This document shows positions 15,001-30,000 of a stretch of DNA of 64,000 nt, in pieces. The stretch lies in NCBI GenBank assembly GCA_964016885.1, contig OZ024740.1, forward strand, positions 20,584,001 to 20,648,000, in the 5' to 3' direction. This DNA comes from Eledone cirrhosa. Lineage: Eukaryota. The notes beneath the pieces were generated by a model. That model saw nothing but the letters and a program-made list of their open reading frames with translations. It was not told the origin of the DNA and searched no databases. Within the stretch, counting starts at the first letter, position 1. Each line of letters begins with the position of its first letter. Position numbers and translations under genes: made by a program.

Positions 15001-18000
15001 ACCACTGGTCGCTGATCTCTGTCATGTGAGGTAATGTTGTCCATCACTGTCATCGACTGCTGACCACTGGCCGCTGATCTCTGTCATGTGAGGTATTGTT
15101 GTCCATCACTGTCATTGACTGCTGACCACTGGCCGCTGATCTCTGTCATGTGAGGTATTGTTGTCCATCACACTCATTGACTGCTGATCACTGGTCGCTG
15201 ATCTCTGTCATGTGAGGTAATGTTGTCCATCACTGTCATTGACTGCTGACCACTGGTCGCTGATCTCTGTCATGTGAGGTATTGTTGTCCATCACTGTCA
15301 TTGACTGCTGACCACTGGTCGCTGATCTCTGTCATGTGAGGTAATGTTGTCCATCACTGTGATTGACTGCTGACCACTGGTTGCTGATCTCTGTCATGTG
15401 AGGTAGTGTTGTCCATCACTGTCATTGACTGCTGACCACTGGTCGCTGATCTCTGTCATGTGAGGTATTGTTGTCCATCACTGTCATTGACTGCTGACCA
15501 CTGGCCGCTGATCTCTGTCATGTGAGGTATTGTTGTTCATCACTGTCATTGACTGCTGACCACTGGCCGCTGATCTCTGTCATGTGAGGTATTGTTGTCC
15601 ATCACTGTCATTGACTGCTGACCACTGGTCGCTGATCTCTGTCATGTGAGGTATTGTTGTCCATCACTGTCATTGACTGCTGACCACTGGCCGCTGATCT
15701 CTGTCATGTGAGGTATTGTTGTCCATCACTGTCATTGACTGCTGACCACTGGTCGCTGATCTCTGTCATGTGAGGTAATGTTGTCCATCACTGTCATTGA
15801 CTGCTGACCACTGGTCGCTGATCTCTGTCATGTGAGGTAATGTTGTCCATCACTGTCATTGACTGCTGACCACTGGCCGCTGATCTCTGTCATGTGAGGT
15901 ATTGTTGTCCATCACTGTCATTGATTGCTGACCACTGGTCGCTGATCTCTGTCATGTGAGGTATTGTTGTCCATCACTGTCATTGACTGCTGACCACTGG
16001 TCGCTGATCTCTGTCATGTGAGGTAATGTTGTCCATCACTGTCATTGACTGCTGACCACTGGTCGCTGATCTCTGTCATGTGAGGTATTGTTGTCCATCA
16101 CTCTCATTGACTGCTGACCACTGGTCGCTGATCTCTGTCATGTGAGGTAGTGTTGTCCATCACTGTCATTGACTGCTGACCACTGGTCGCTGATCTCTGT
16201 CATGTGAGGTATTGTTGTCCATCACTGTCATTGATTGCTGACCACTGGTCGCTGATCTCTGTCATGTGAGGTATTGTTGTCCATCACTGTCATTGACTGC
16301 TGACCACTGGCCGCTGATCTCTGTCATGTGAGGTATTGTTGTTCATCACTGTCATTGACTGCTGACCACTGGCCGCTGATCTCTGTCATGTGAGGTATTG
16401 TTGTCCATCACTGTCATTGACTGCTGACCACTGGTCGCTGATCTCTGTCATGTGAGGTAATGTTGTCCATCACTGTCATTGACTGCTGACCACTGGCCGC
16501 TGATCTCTGTCATGTGAGGTATTGTTGTCCATCACTGTCATTGATTGCTGACCACTGGTCGCTGATCTCTGTCATGTGAGGTATTGTTGTCCATCACTGT
16601 CATTGACTGCTGACCACTGGTCGCTGATCTCTGTCATGTGAGGTAATGTTGTCCATCACTGTCATTGACTTCTGACCACTGGTCGCTGATCTCTGTCATG
16701 TGAGGTAATGTTGTCCATCACTGTCATTGACTGCTGACCACTGGCCGCTGATCTCTGTCATGTGAGGTATTGTTGTCCATCACTGTCATTGACTGCTGAC
16801 GACTGGCCGCTGATCAAAGTCATGTGAGATATTGCTGTCCATCACTGTCATTGACTGCTGACCACTGGCCGCTGATCTCTGTCATGTGAGGTATTGTTGT
16901 CCATCACTGTCATTGACTGCTGACCACTGGTCGCTGATCTCTGTCATGTGAGGTATTGTTGTCCATCACTGTCATTGACTGCTGACCACTGGTCGCTGAT
17001 CTCTGTCATGTGAGGTAATGTTGTCCATCACTGTCATTGACTGCTGACCACTGGTCGCTGATCTCTGTCATGTGAGGTAATGTTGTCCATCACTGTCATT
17101 GACTGCTGACCACTGGCCGCTGATCTCTGTCATGTGAGGTATTGTTGTCCATCACTGTCATTGATTGCTGATCACTGGGCGCTGATCTCTGTCATGTGAG
17201 GTATTGTTGTCCATCACTGTCATTGACTGCTGACCACTGGTCGCTGATCTCTGTCATGTGAGGTAATGTTGTCCATCACTGTCATTGACTGCTGACCACT
17301 GGTCGCTGATCTCTGTCATGTGAGGTATTGTTGTCCATCACTCTCATTGACTGCTGACCACTGGTCGCTGATCTCTGTCATGTGAGGTAGTGTTGTCCAT
17401 CACTGTCATTGACTGCTGACCACTGGTCGCTGATCTCTGTCATGTGAGGTATTGTTGTCCATCACTGTCATTGACTGCTGACCACTGGCCGCTGATCTCT
17501 GTCATGTGAGGTATTGTTGTTCATCACTGTCATTGACTGCTGACCACTGGCCGCTGATCTCTGTCATGTGAGGTATTGTTGTCCATCACTGTCATTGACT
17601 GCTGACCACTGGTCGCTGATCTCTGTCATGTGAGGTAATGTTGTCCATCACTGTGATTGACTGCTGACCACTGGCCGCTGATCTCTGTCATGTGAGGTAT
17701 TGTTGTCCATCACTGTCATTGATTGCTGACCACTGGTCGCTGATCTCTGTCATGTGAGGTAATGTTGTCCATCACTGTCATTGACTGCTGACCACTGGCC
17801 GCTGATCTCTGTCATGTGAGGTATTGTTGTCCATCACTGTCATTGACTGCTGACCACTGGTCGCTGATCTCTGTCATGTGAGGTAATGTTGTCCATCACT
17901 GTCATTGACTTCTGACCACTGGTCGCTGATCTCTGTCATGTGAGGTAATGTTGTCCATCACTGTCATTGACTGCTGACCACTGGCCGCTGATCTCTGTCA

Positions 18001-21000
18001 TGTGAGGTATTGTTGTCCATCACTGTCATTGACTGCTGACGACTGGCCGCTGATCAAAGTCATGTGAGATATTGCTGTCCATCACTGTCATTGACTGCTG
18101 ACCACTGGCCGCTGATCTCTGTCATGTGAGGTATTGTTGTCCATCACTGTCATTGACTGCTGACCACTGGTCGCTGATCTCTGTCATGTGAGGTATTGTT
18201 GTCCATCACTGTCATTGACTGCTGACCACTGGTCGCTGATCTCTGTCATGTGAGGTATTGTTGTGCATCACTGTGATTGACTGCTGACCACTGGTCGCTG
18301 ATCTCTGTCATGTGAGGTAATGTTGTCCATCACTGTCATTGACTGCTGACCACTGGCCGCTGATCTCTGTCATGTGAGGTATTGTTGTCCATCACTGTCA
18401 TTGACTGCTGACGACTGGCCGCTGATCTCAGTCATGTGAGATATTGTTGTCCATCACTGTCATTGACTGCTGACCACTGGCCGCTGATCTCTGTCATGTG
18501 AGGTATTGTTGTCCATCACTCTCATTGACTGCTGATCACTGGTCGCTGATCTCTGTCATGTGAGGTAATGTTGTCCATCACTGTCATTGACTGCTGACCA
18601 CTGGTCGCTGATCTCTGTCATGTGAGGTATTGTTGTCCATCACTGTCATTGACTGCTGACCACTGGTCGCTGATCTCTTTCATGTGAGGTAATGTTGTCC
18701 ATCACTGTGATTGACTGCTGACCACTGGTCGCTGATCTCTGTCATGTGAGGTATTGTTGTCCATCACTGTGACTGACTGCTGACCACTGGTCGCTGATCT
18801 CTGTCATGTGAGGTATTGTTGTCCATCACTGTCATTGACTGCTGACCACTGGTCGCTGATCTCTGTCATGTGAGGTATTGTTGTCCATCACTGTCATTGA
18901 CTGCTGACCACTGGTCGCTGATCTCTGTCATGTGAGGTATTGTTGTCCATCACTGTGATTGACTGCTGACCACTGGTCGCTGATCTCTGTCATGTGAGGT
19001 AATGTTGTCCATCACTGTCATCGACTGCTGACCACTGGCCGCTGATCTCTGTCATGTGAGGTATTGTTGTCCATCACTGTCATTGACTGCTGACCACTGG
19101 CCGCTGATCTCTGTCATGTGAGGTATTGTTGTCCATCACACTCATTGACTGCTGATCACTGGTCGCTGATCTCTGTCATGTGAGGTAATGTTGTCCATCA
19201 CTGTCATTGACTGCTGACCACTGGTCGCTGATCTCTGTCATGTGAGGTATTGTTGTCCATCACTGTCATTGACTGCTGACCACTGGTCGCTGATCTCTGT
19301 CATGTGAGGTAATGTTGTCCATCACTGTGATTGACTGCTGACCACTGGTTGCTGATCTCTGTCATGTGAGGTAGTGTTGTCCATCACTGTCATTGACTGC
19401 TGACCACTGGTCGCTGATCTCTGTCATGTGAGGTATTGTTGTCCATCACTGTCATTGACTGCTGACCACTGGCCGCTGATCTCTGTCATGTGAGGTATTG
19501 TTGTTAATCACTGTCATTGACTGCTGACCACTGGCCGCTGATCTCTGTCATGTGAGGTATTGTTGTCCATCACTGTCATTGACTGCTGACCACTGGTCGC
19601 TGATCTCTGTCATGTGAGGTATTGTTGTCCATCACTGTCATTGACTGCTGACCACTGGCCGCTGATCTCTGTCATGTGAGGTATTGTTGTCCATCACTGT
19701 CATTGACTGCTGACCACTGGTCGCTGATCTCTGTCATGTGAGGTAATGTTGTCCATCACTGTCATTGACTGCTGACCACTGGTCGCTGATCTCTGTCATG
19801 TGAGGTATTGTTGTCCATCACTGTCATTGACTGCTGACCACTGGTCGCTGATCTCTGTCATGTGAGGTATTGTTGTCCATCACTGTCATTGACTGCTGAC
19901 CACTGGTCGCTGATCTCTGTCATGTGAGGTATTGTTGTCCATCACTCTCATTGACTGCTGACCACTGGTCGCTGATCTCTGTCATGTGAGGTAGTGTTGT
20001 CCATCACTGTCATTGACTGCTGACCACTGGTCGCTGATCTCTGTCATGTGAGGTATTGTTGTCCATCACTGTCATTGATTGCTGACCACTGGTCGCTGAT
20101 CTCTGTCATGTGAGGTATTGTTGTCCATCACTGTCATTGACTGCTGACCACTGGCCGCTGATCTGTCATGTGAGGTATTGTTGTTCATCACTGTCATTGA
20201 CTGCTGACCACTGGCCGCTGATCTCTGTCATGTGAGGTATTGTTGTCCATCACTGTCATTGACTGCTGACCACTGGTCGCTGATCTCTGTCATGTGAGGT
20301 AATGTTGTCCATCACTGTCATTGACTGCTGACCACTGGCCGCTGATCTCTGTCATGTGAGGTATTGTTGTCCATCACTGTCATTGATTGCTGACCACTGG
20401 TCGCTGATCTCTGTCATGTGAGGTATTGTTGTCCATCACTGTCATTGACTGCTGACCACTGGTCGCTGATCTCTGTCATGTGAGGTAATGTTGTCCATCA
20501 CTGTCATTGACTTCTGACCACTGGTCGCTGATCTCTGTCATGTGAGGTAATGTTGTCCATCACTGTCATTGACTGCTGACCACTGGCCGCTGATCTCTGT
20601 CATGTGAGGTATTGTTGTCCATCACTGTCATTGACTGCTGACGACTGGCCGCTGATCAAAGTCATGTGAGATATTGCTGTCCATCACTGTCATTGACTGC
20701 TGACCACTGGCCGCTGATCTCTGTCATGTGAGGTATTGTTGTCCATCACTGTCATTGACTGCTGACCACTGGTCGCTGATCTCTGTCATGTGAGGTATTG
20801 TTGTCCATCACTGTCATTGACTGCTGACCACTGGCCGCTGATCTCTGTCATGTGAGGTATTGTTGTTCATCACTGTCATTGACTGCTGACCACTGGCCGC
20901 TGATCTCTGTCATGTGAGGTATTGTTGTTCATCACTGTCATTGACTGCTGACCACTGGCCGCTGATCTCTGTCATGTGAGGTATTGTTGTCCATCACTGT

Positions 21001-24000
21001 CATTGATTGCTGACCACTGGTCGCTGATCTCTGTCATGTGAGGTATTGTTGTCCATCACTGTCATTGACTGCTGACCACTGGTCGCTGATCTCTGTCATG
21101 TGAGGTAATGATGTCCATCACTGTCATTGACTGCTGACCACTGGTCGCTGATCTCTGTCATGTGAGGTATTGTTGTCCATCACTCTCATTGACTGCTGAC
21201 CACTGGTCGCTGATCTCTGTCATGTGAGGTAGTGTTGTCCATCACTGTCATTGACTGCTGACCACTGGTCGCTGATCTCTGTCATGTGAGGTATTGTTGT
21301 CCATCACTGTCATTGACTGCTGACCACTGGCCGCTGATCTCTGTCATGTGAGGTATTGTTGTTCATCACTGTCATTGACTGCTGACCACTGGCCGCTGAT
21401 CTCTGTCATGTGAGGTATTGTTGTCCATCACTGTCATTGACTGCTGACCACTGGTCGCTGATCTCTGTCATGTGAGGTAATGTTGTCCATCACTGTCATT
21501 GACTGCTGACCACTGGCCGCTGATCTCTGTCATGTGAGGTATTGTTGTCCATCACTGTCATTGATTGCTGACCACTGGTCGCTGATCTCTGTCATGTGAG
21601 GTATTGTTGTCCATCACTGTCATTGACTGCTGACGACTGGCCGCTGATCAAAGTCATGTGAGATATTGCTGTCCATCACTGTCATTGACTGCTGACCACT
21701 GGCCGCTGATCTCTGTCATGTGAGGTATTGTTGTCCATCACTGTCATTGACTGCTGACCACTGGTCGCTGATCTCTGTCATGTGAGGTATTGTTGTCCAT
21801 CACTGTCATTGACTGCTGACCACTGGTCGCTGATCTCTGTCATGTGAGGTATTGTTGTGCATCACTGTGATTGACTGCTGACCACTGGTCGCTGATCTCT
21901 GTCATGTGAGGTAATGTTGTCCATCACTGTCATTGACTGCTGACCACTGGCCGCTGATCTCTGTCATGTGAGGTATTGTTGTCCATCACTGTCATTGACT
22001 GCTGACGACTGGCCGCTGATCTCAGTCATGTGAGATATTGTTGTCCATCACTGTCATTGACTGCTGACCACTGGCCGCTGATCTCTGTCATGTGAGGTAT
22101 TGTTGTCCATCACTCTCATTGACTGCTGATCACTGGTCGCTGATCTCTGTCATGTGAGGTAATGTTGTCCATCACTGTCATTGACTGCTGACCACTGGTC
22201 GCTGATCTCTGTCATGTGAGGTATTGTTGTCCATCACTGTCATTGACTGCTGACCACTGGTCGCTGATCTCTTTCATGTGAGGTAATGTTGTCCATCACT
22301 GTGATTGACTGCTGACCACTGGTCGCTGATCTCTGTCATGTGAGGTATTGTTGTCCATCACTGTGACTGACTGCTGACCACTGGTCGCTGATCTCTGTCA
22401 TGTGAGGTATTGTTGTCCATCACTGTCATTGACTGCTGACCACTGGTCGCTGATCTCTGTCATGTGAGGTATTGTTGTCCATCACTGTCATTGACTGCTG
22501 ACCACTGGTCGCTGATCTCTGTCATGTGAGGTATTGTTGTCCATCACTGTGATTGACTGCTGACCACTGGTCGCTGATCTCTGTCATGTGAGGTAATGTT
22601 GTCCATCACTGTCATCGACTGCTGACCACTGGCCGCTGATCTCTGTCATGTGAGGTATTGTTGTCCATCACTGTCATTGACTGCTGACCACTGGCCGCTG
22701 ATCTCTGTCATGTGAGGTATTGTTGTCCATCACACTCATTGACTGCTGATCACTGGTCGCTGATCTCTGTCATGTGAGGTAATGTTGTCCATCACTGTCA
22801 TTGACTGCTGACCACTGGTCGCTGATCTCTGTCATGTGAGGTATTGTTGTCCATCACTGTCATTGACTGCTGACCACTGGTCGCTGATCTCTGTCATGTG
22901 AGGTAATGTTGTCCATCACTGTGATTGACTGCTGACCACTGGTTGCTGATCTCTGTCATGTGAGGTAGTGTTGTCCATCACTGTCATTGACTGCTGACCA
23001 CTGGTCGCTGATCTCTGTCATGTGAGGTATTGTTGTCCATCACTGTCATTGACTGCTGACCACTGGCCGCTGATCTCTGTCATGTGAGGTATTGTTGTTC
23101 ATCACTGTCATTGACTGCTGACCACTGGCCGCTGATCTCTGTCATGTGAGGTATTGTTGTCCATCACTGTCATTGACTGCTGACCACTGGTCGCTGATCT
23201 CTGTCATGTGAGGTATTGTTGTCCATCACTGTCATTGACTGCTGACCACTGGCCGCTGATCTCTGTCATGTGAGGTATTGTTGTCCATCACTGTCATTGA
23301 CTGCTGACCACTGGTCGCTGATCTCTGTCATGTGAGGTAATGTTGTCCATCACTGTCATTGACTGCTGACCACTGGTCGCTGATCTCTGTCATGTGAGGT
23401 AATGTTGTCCATCACTGTCATTGACTGCTGACCACTGGCCGCTGATCTCTGTCATGTGAGGTATTGTTGTCCATCACTGTCATTGATTGCTGACCACTGG
23501 TCGCTGATCTCTGTCATGTGAGGTATTGTTGTCCATCACTGTCATTGACTGCTGACCACTGGTCGCTGATCTCTGTCATGTGAGGTATTGTTGTCCATCA
23601 CTGTCATTGACTGCTGACCACTGGTCGCTGATCTCTGTCATGTGAGGTATTGTTGTCCATCACTCTCATTGACTGCTGACCACTGGTCGCTGATCTCTGT
23701 CATGTGAGGTAGTGTTGTCCATCACTGTCATTGACTGCTGACCACTGGTCGCTGATCTCTGTCATGTGAGGTATTGTTGTCCATCACTGTCATTGATTGC
23801 TGACCACTGGTCGCTGATCTCTGTCATGTGAGGTATTGTTGTCCATCACTGTCATTGACTGCTGACCACTGGCCGCTGATCTCTGTCATGTGAGGTATTG
23901 TTGTTCATCACTGTCATTGACTGCTGACCACTGGCCGCTGATCTCTGTCATGTGAGGTATTGTTGTCCATCACTGTCATTGACTGCTGACCACTGGTCGC

Positions 24001-27000
24001 TGATCTCTGTCATGTGAGGTAATGTTGTCCATCACTGTCATTGACTGCTGACCACTGGCCGCTGATCTCTGTCATGTGAGGTATTGTTGTCCATCACTGT
24101 CATTGATTGCTGACCACTGGTCGCTGATCTCTGTCATGTGAGGTATTGTTGTCCATCACTGTCATTGACTGCTGACCACTGGTCGCTGATCTCTGTCATG
24201 TGAGGTAATGTTGTCCATCACTGTCATTGACTTCTGACCACTGGTCGCTGATCTCTGTCATGTGAGGTAATGTTGTCCATCACTGTCATTGACTGCTGAC
24301 CACTGGCCGCTGATCTCTGTCATGTGAGGTATTGTTGTCCATCACTGTCATTGACTGCTGACGACTGGCCGCTGATCAAAGTCATGTGAGATATTGCTGT
24401 CCATCACTGTCATTGACTGCTGACCACTGGCCGCTGATCTCTGTCATGTGAGGTATTGTTGTCCATCACTGTCATTGACTGCTGACCACTGGTCGCTGAT
24501 CTCTGTCATGTGAGGTATTGTTGTCCATCACTGTCATTGACTGCTGACCACTGGCCGCTGATCTCTGTCATGTGAGGTATTGTTGTTCATCACTGTCATT
24601 GACTGCTGACCACTGGCCGCTGATCTCTGTCATGTGAGGTATTGTTGTTCATCACTGTCATTGACTGCTGACCACTGGCCGCTGATCTCTGTCATGTGAG
24701 GTATTGTTGTCCATCACTGTCATTGATTGCTGACCACTGGTCGCTGATCTCTGTCATGTGAGGTATTGTTGTCCATCACTGTCATTGACTGCTGACCACT
24801 GGTCGCTGATCTCTGTCATGTGAGGTAATGTTGTCCATCACTGTCATTGACTGCTGACCACTGGTCGCTGATCTCTGTCATGTGAGGTATTGTTGTCCAT
24901 CACTCTCATTGACTGCTGACCACTGGTCGCTGATCTCTGTCATGTGAGGTAGTGTTGTCCATCACTGTCATTGACTGCTGACCACTGGTCGCTGATCTCT
25001 GCCATGTGAGGTATTGTTGTCCATCACTGTCATTGACTGCTGACCACTGGCCGCTGATCTCTGTCATGTGAGGTATTGTTGTTCATCACTGTCATTGACT
25101 GCTGACCACTGGCCGCTGATCTCTGTCATGTGAGGTATTGTTGTCCATCACTGTCATTGACTGCTGACCACTGGTCGCTGATCTCTGTCATGTGAGGTAA
25201 TGTTGTCCATCACTGTCATTGACTGCTGACCACTGGCCGCTGATCTCTGTCATGTGAGGTATTGTTGTCCATCACTGTCATTGATTGCTGACCACTGGTC
25301 GCTGATCTCTGTCATGTGAGGTATTGTTGTCCATCACTGTCATTGACTGCTGACCACTGGTCGCTGATCTCTGTCATGTGAGGTAATGTTGTCCATCACT
25401 GTCATTGACTGCTGACCACTGGCCGCTGATCTCTGTCATGTGAGGTATTGTTGTCCATCACTGTCATTGACTGCTGACCACTGGTCGCTGATCTCTGTCA
25501 TGTGAGGTAATGTTGTCCATCACTGTCATTGACTTCTGACCACTGGTCGCTGATCTCTGTCATGTGAGGTAATGTTGTCCATCACTGTCATTGACTGCTG
25601 ACCACTGGCCGCTGATCTCTGTCATGTGAGGTATTGTTGTCCATCACTGTCATTGACTGCTGACGACTGGCCGCTGATCAAAGTCATGTGAGATATTGCT
25701 GTCCATCACTGTCATTGACTGCTGACCACTGGCCGCTGATCTCTGTCATGTGAGGTATTGTTGTCCATCACTGTCATTGACTGCTGACCACTGGTCGCTG
25801 ATCTCTGTCATGTGAGGTATTGTTGTCCATCACTGTCATTGACTGCTGACCACTGGTCGCTGATCTCTGTCATGTGAGGTATTGTTGTGCATCACTGTGA
25901 TTGACTGCTGACCACTGGTCGCTGATCTCTGTCATGTGAAGTAATGTTGTCCATCACTGTCATCGACTGCTGACCACTGGCCGCTGATCTCTGTCATGTG
26001 AGGTATTGTTGTCCATCACTGTCATTGACTGCTGACCACTGGCCGCTGATCTCTGTCATGTGAGGTATTGTTGTCCATCACTCTCATTGACTGCTGATCA
26101 CTTGTCGCTGATCTCTGTCATGTGAGGTAATGTTGTTCATCACTGTCATTGACTGCTGACCACTGGTCGCTGATCTCTGTCATGTGAGGTAATGTTGTCC
26201 ATCACTGTCATTGACTGCTGACCACTGGCCGCTGATCTCTGTCATGTGAGGTATTGTTGTCCATCACTGTCATTGACTGCTGACCACTGGTCGCTGATCT
26301 CTGTCATGTGAGGTATTGTTGTCCATCACTGTCATTGACTGCTGACCACTGGTCGCTGATCTCTGTCATGTGAGGTAATGTTGTCCATCACTGTCATTGA
26401 CTGCTGACCACTGGTCGCTGATCTCTGTCATGTGAGGTAATGTTGTCCATCACTGTCATTGACTGCTGACCACTGGCCGCTGATCTCTGTCATGTGAGGT
26501 ATTGTTGTCCATCACTGTCATTGACTGCTGACCACTGGTCGCTGATCTCTGTCATGTGAGGTAATGTTGTCCATCACTGTCATTGACTTCTGACCACTGG
26601 TCGCTGATCTCTGTCATGTGAGGTAATGTTGTCCATCACTGTCATTGACTGCTGACCACTGGCCGCTGATCTCTGTCATGTGAGGTATTGTTGTCCATCA
26701 CTGTCATTGACTGCTGACGACTGGCCGCTGATCAAAGTCATGTGAGATATTGCTGTCCATCACTGTCATTGACTGCTGACCACTGGCCGCTGATCTCTGT
26801 CATGTGAGGTATTGTTGTCCATCACTGTCATTGACTGCTGACCACTGGTCGCTGATCTCTGTCATGTGAAGTAATGTTGTCCATCACTGTCATCGACTGC
26901 TGACCACTGGCCGCTGATCTCTGTCATGTGAGGTATTGTTGTCCATCACTGTCATTGACTGCTGACCACTGGCCGCTGATCTCTGTCATGTGAGGTATTG

Positions 27001-30000
27001 TTGTCCATCACTCTCATTGACTGCTGATCACTTGTCGCTGATCTCTGTCATGTGAGGTAATGTTGTTCATCACTGTCATTGACTGCTGACCACTGGTCGC
27101 TGATCTCTGTCATGTGAGGTAATGTTGTCCATCACTGTCATTGACTGCTGACCACTGGCCGCTGATCTCTGTCATGTGAGGTATTGTTGTCCATCACTGT
27201 CATTGACTGCTGACCACTGGTCGCTGATCTCTGTCATGTGAGGTATTGTTGTCCATCACTGTCATTGACTGCTGACCACTGGTCGCTGATCTCTGTCATG
27301 TGAGGTAATGTTGTCCATCACTGTCATTGACTGCTGACCACTGGTCGCTGATCTCTGTCATGTGAGGTAATGTTGTCCATCACTGTCATTGACTGCTGAC
27401 CACTGGCCGCTGATCTCTGTCATGTGAGGTATTGTTGTCCATCACTGTCATTGACTGCTGACCACTGGTCGCTGATCTCTGTCATGTGAGGTAATGTTGT
27501 CCATCACTGTCATTGACTTCTGACCACTGGTCGCTGATCTCTGTCATGTGAGGTTATGTTGTCCATCACTGTCATTGACTGCTGACCACTGGCCGCTGAT
27601 CTCTGTCATGTGAGGTATTGTTGTCCATCACTGTCATTGACTGCTGACGACTGGCCGCTGATCAAAGTCATGTGAGATATTGCTGTCCATCACTGTCATT
27701 GACTGCTGACCACTGGCCGCTGATCTCTGTCATGTGAGGTATTGTTGTCCATCACTGTCATTGACTGCTGACCACTGGTCGCTGATCTCTGTCATGTGAG
27801 GTATTGTTGTCCATCACTGTCATTGACTGCTGACCACTGGTCGCTGATCTCTGTCATGTGAGGTATTGTTGTGCATCACTATGATTGACTGCTGACCACT
27901 GGTCGCTGATCTCTGTCATGTGAGGTAATGTTGTCCATCACTGTCATCGACTGCTGACCACTGGCCGCTGATCTCTGTCATGTGAGGTATTGTTGTCCAT
28001 CACTGTCATTGACTGCTGACCACTGGCCGCTGATCTCTGTCATGTGAGGTATTGTTGTCCATCACTCTCATTGACTGCTGATCACTGGTCGCTGATCTCT
28101 GTCATGTGAGGTAATGTTGTTCATCACTGTCATTGACTGCTGACCACTGGTTGCTGATCTCTGTCATGTGAGGTATTGTTGTCCATCACTGTCATTGACT
28201 GCTGACCACTGGTCGCTGATCTCTGTCATGTGAGGTAATGTTGTCCATCACTGTGATTGACTGCTGACCACTGGTCGCTGATCTCTGTCATGTGAGGTAG
28301 TGTTGTCCATCACTGTCATTGACTGCTGACCACTGGTCGCTGATCTCTGTCATGTGAGGTATTGTTGTCCATCACTGTCATTGACTGCTGACCACTGGCC
28401 GCTGATCTCTGTCATGTGAGGTATTGTTGTTCATCACTGTCATTGACTGCTGACCATTGGCCGCTGATCTCTGTCATGTGAGGTATTGTTGTCCATCACT
28501 GTCATTGACTGCTGACCACTGGTCGCTGATCTCTGTCGTGTGAGGTATTGTTGTCCATCACTGTCATTGACTGCTGACCACTGGCCGCTGATCTCTGTCA
28601 TGTGAGGTATTGTTGTCCATCACTGTCATTGACTGCTGACCACTGGTCGCTGATCTCTGTCATGTGAGGTAATGTTGTCCATCACTGTCATTGACTGCTG
28701 ACCACTGGCCGCTGATCTCTGTCATGTGAGGTATTGTTGTCCATCACTGTCATTGATTGCTGACCACTGGTCGCTGATCTCTGTCATGTGAGGTATTGTT
28801 GTCCATCACTGTCATTGACTGCTGACCACTGGTCGCTGATCTCTGTCATGTGAGGTAATGTTGTCCATCACTGTCATTGACTGCTGACCACTGGTCGCTG
28901 ATCTCTGTCATGTGAGGTATTGTTGTCCATCACTCTCATTGACTGCTGACCACTGGTCGCTGATCTCTGTCATGTGAGGTAATGTTGTCCATCACTGTCA
29001 TTGACTGCTGACCACTGGTCGCTGAACTCTCTCATGTGAGGTAATGTTGTCCATCACTGTCATTGACTGCTGACCACTGGTCGCTGATCTCTGTCATGTG
29101 AGGTAATGTTGTCCATCACTGTCATTGACTGCTGACCACTGGTCGCTGATCTCTGTCATGTGAGGTATTGTTGTCCATCACTGTCATTGACTGCTGACCA
29201 CTGGTCGCTGATCTCTGTCAAGTGAGGTATTGTTGTCCATCACTGTCATTGACTGCTGACCACTGGCCGCTGATCTCTGTCGTGTGAGGTATTGTTGTCC
29301 ATCACTGTCATTGACTGCTGACCACTGGTCGCTGATCTCTGTCATGTGAGGTAATGTTGTCCATCACTGTCATTGACTGCTGACCACTGGCCGCTGATCT
29401 CTGTCATGTGAGGTATTGTTGTCCATCACTGTCATTGACTGCTGACCACTGGTCGCAGATCTCTGTCATGTGAGGTATTTTTGTCCATCACTGTCATTGA
29501 CTGCTGACCACTGGTCGCTGATCTCTGTCATGTGAGGTAATGTTGTCCATCACTGTCATTGACTGCTGACCACTGGTCGCTGATCTCTGTCATGTGAGGT
29601 ATTGTTGTCCATTACTCTCATTGACTGCTGACCACTGGTCGCTGATCTCTGTCATGTGAGGTATTGTTGTCCATCACTGTCATTGACTGCTGACCACTGG
29701 TCGCTGATCTCTGTCATGTGAGGTATTGTTGTCCATCACTGTCATTGACTGCTGACCACTGGTCGCTGATCTCTGTCATGTGAGGTATTGTTGTCCATCA
29801 CTGTCATTGACTGCTGACCACTGGTCGCAGATCTCTGTCATGTGAGGTATTTTTGTCCATCACTGTCATTGACTGCTGACCACTGGTCGCTGATCTCTGT
29901 CATGTGAGGTAATGTTGTCCATCACTGTCATTGACTGCTGACCACTGGTCGCTGATCTCTGTCATGTGAAGTAATGTTGTCCATCACTGTCATTGACTGC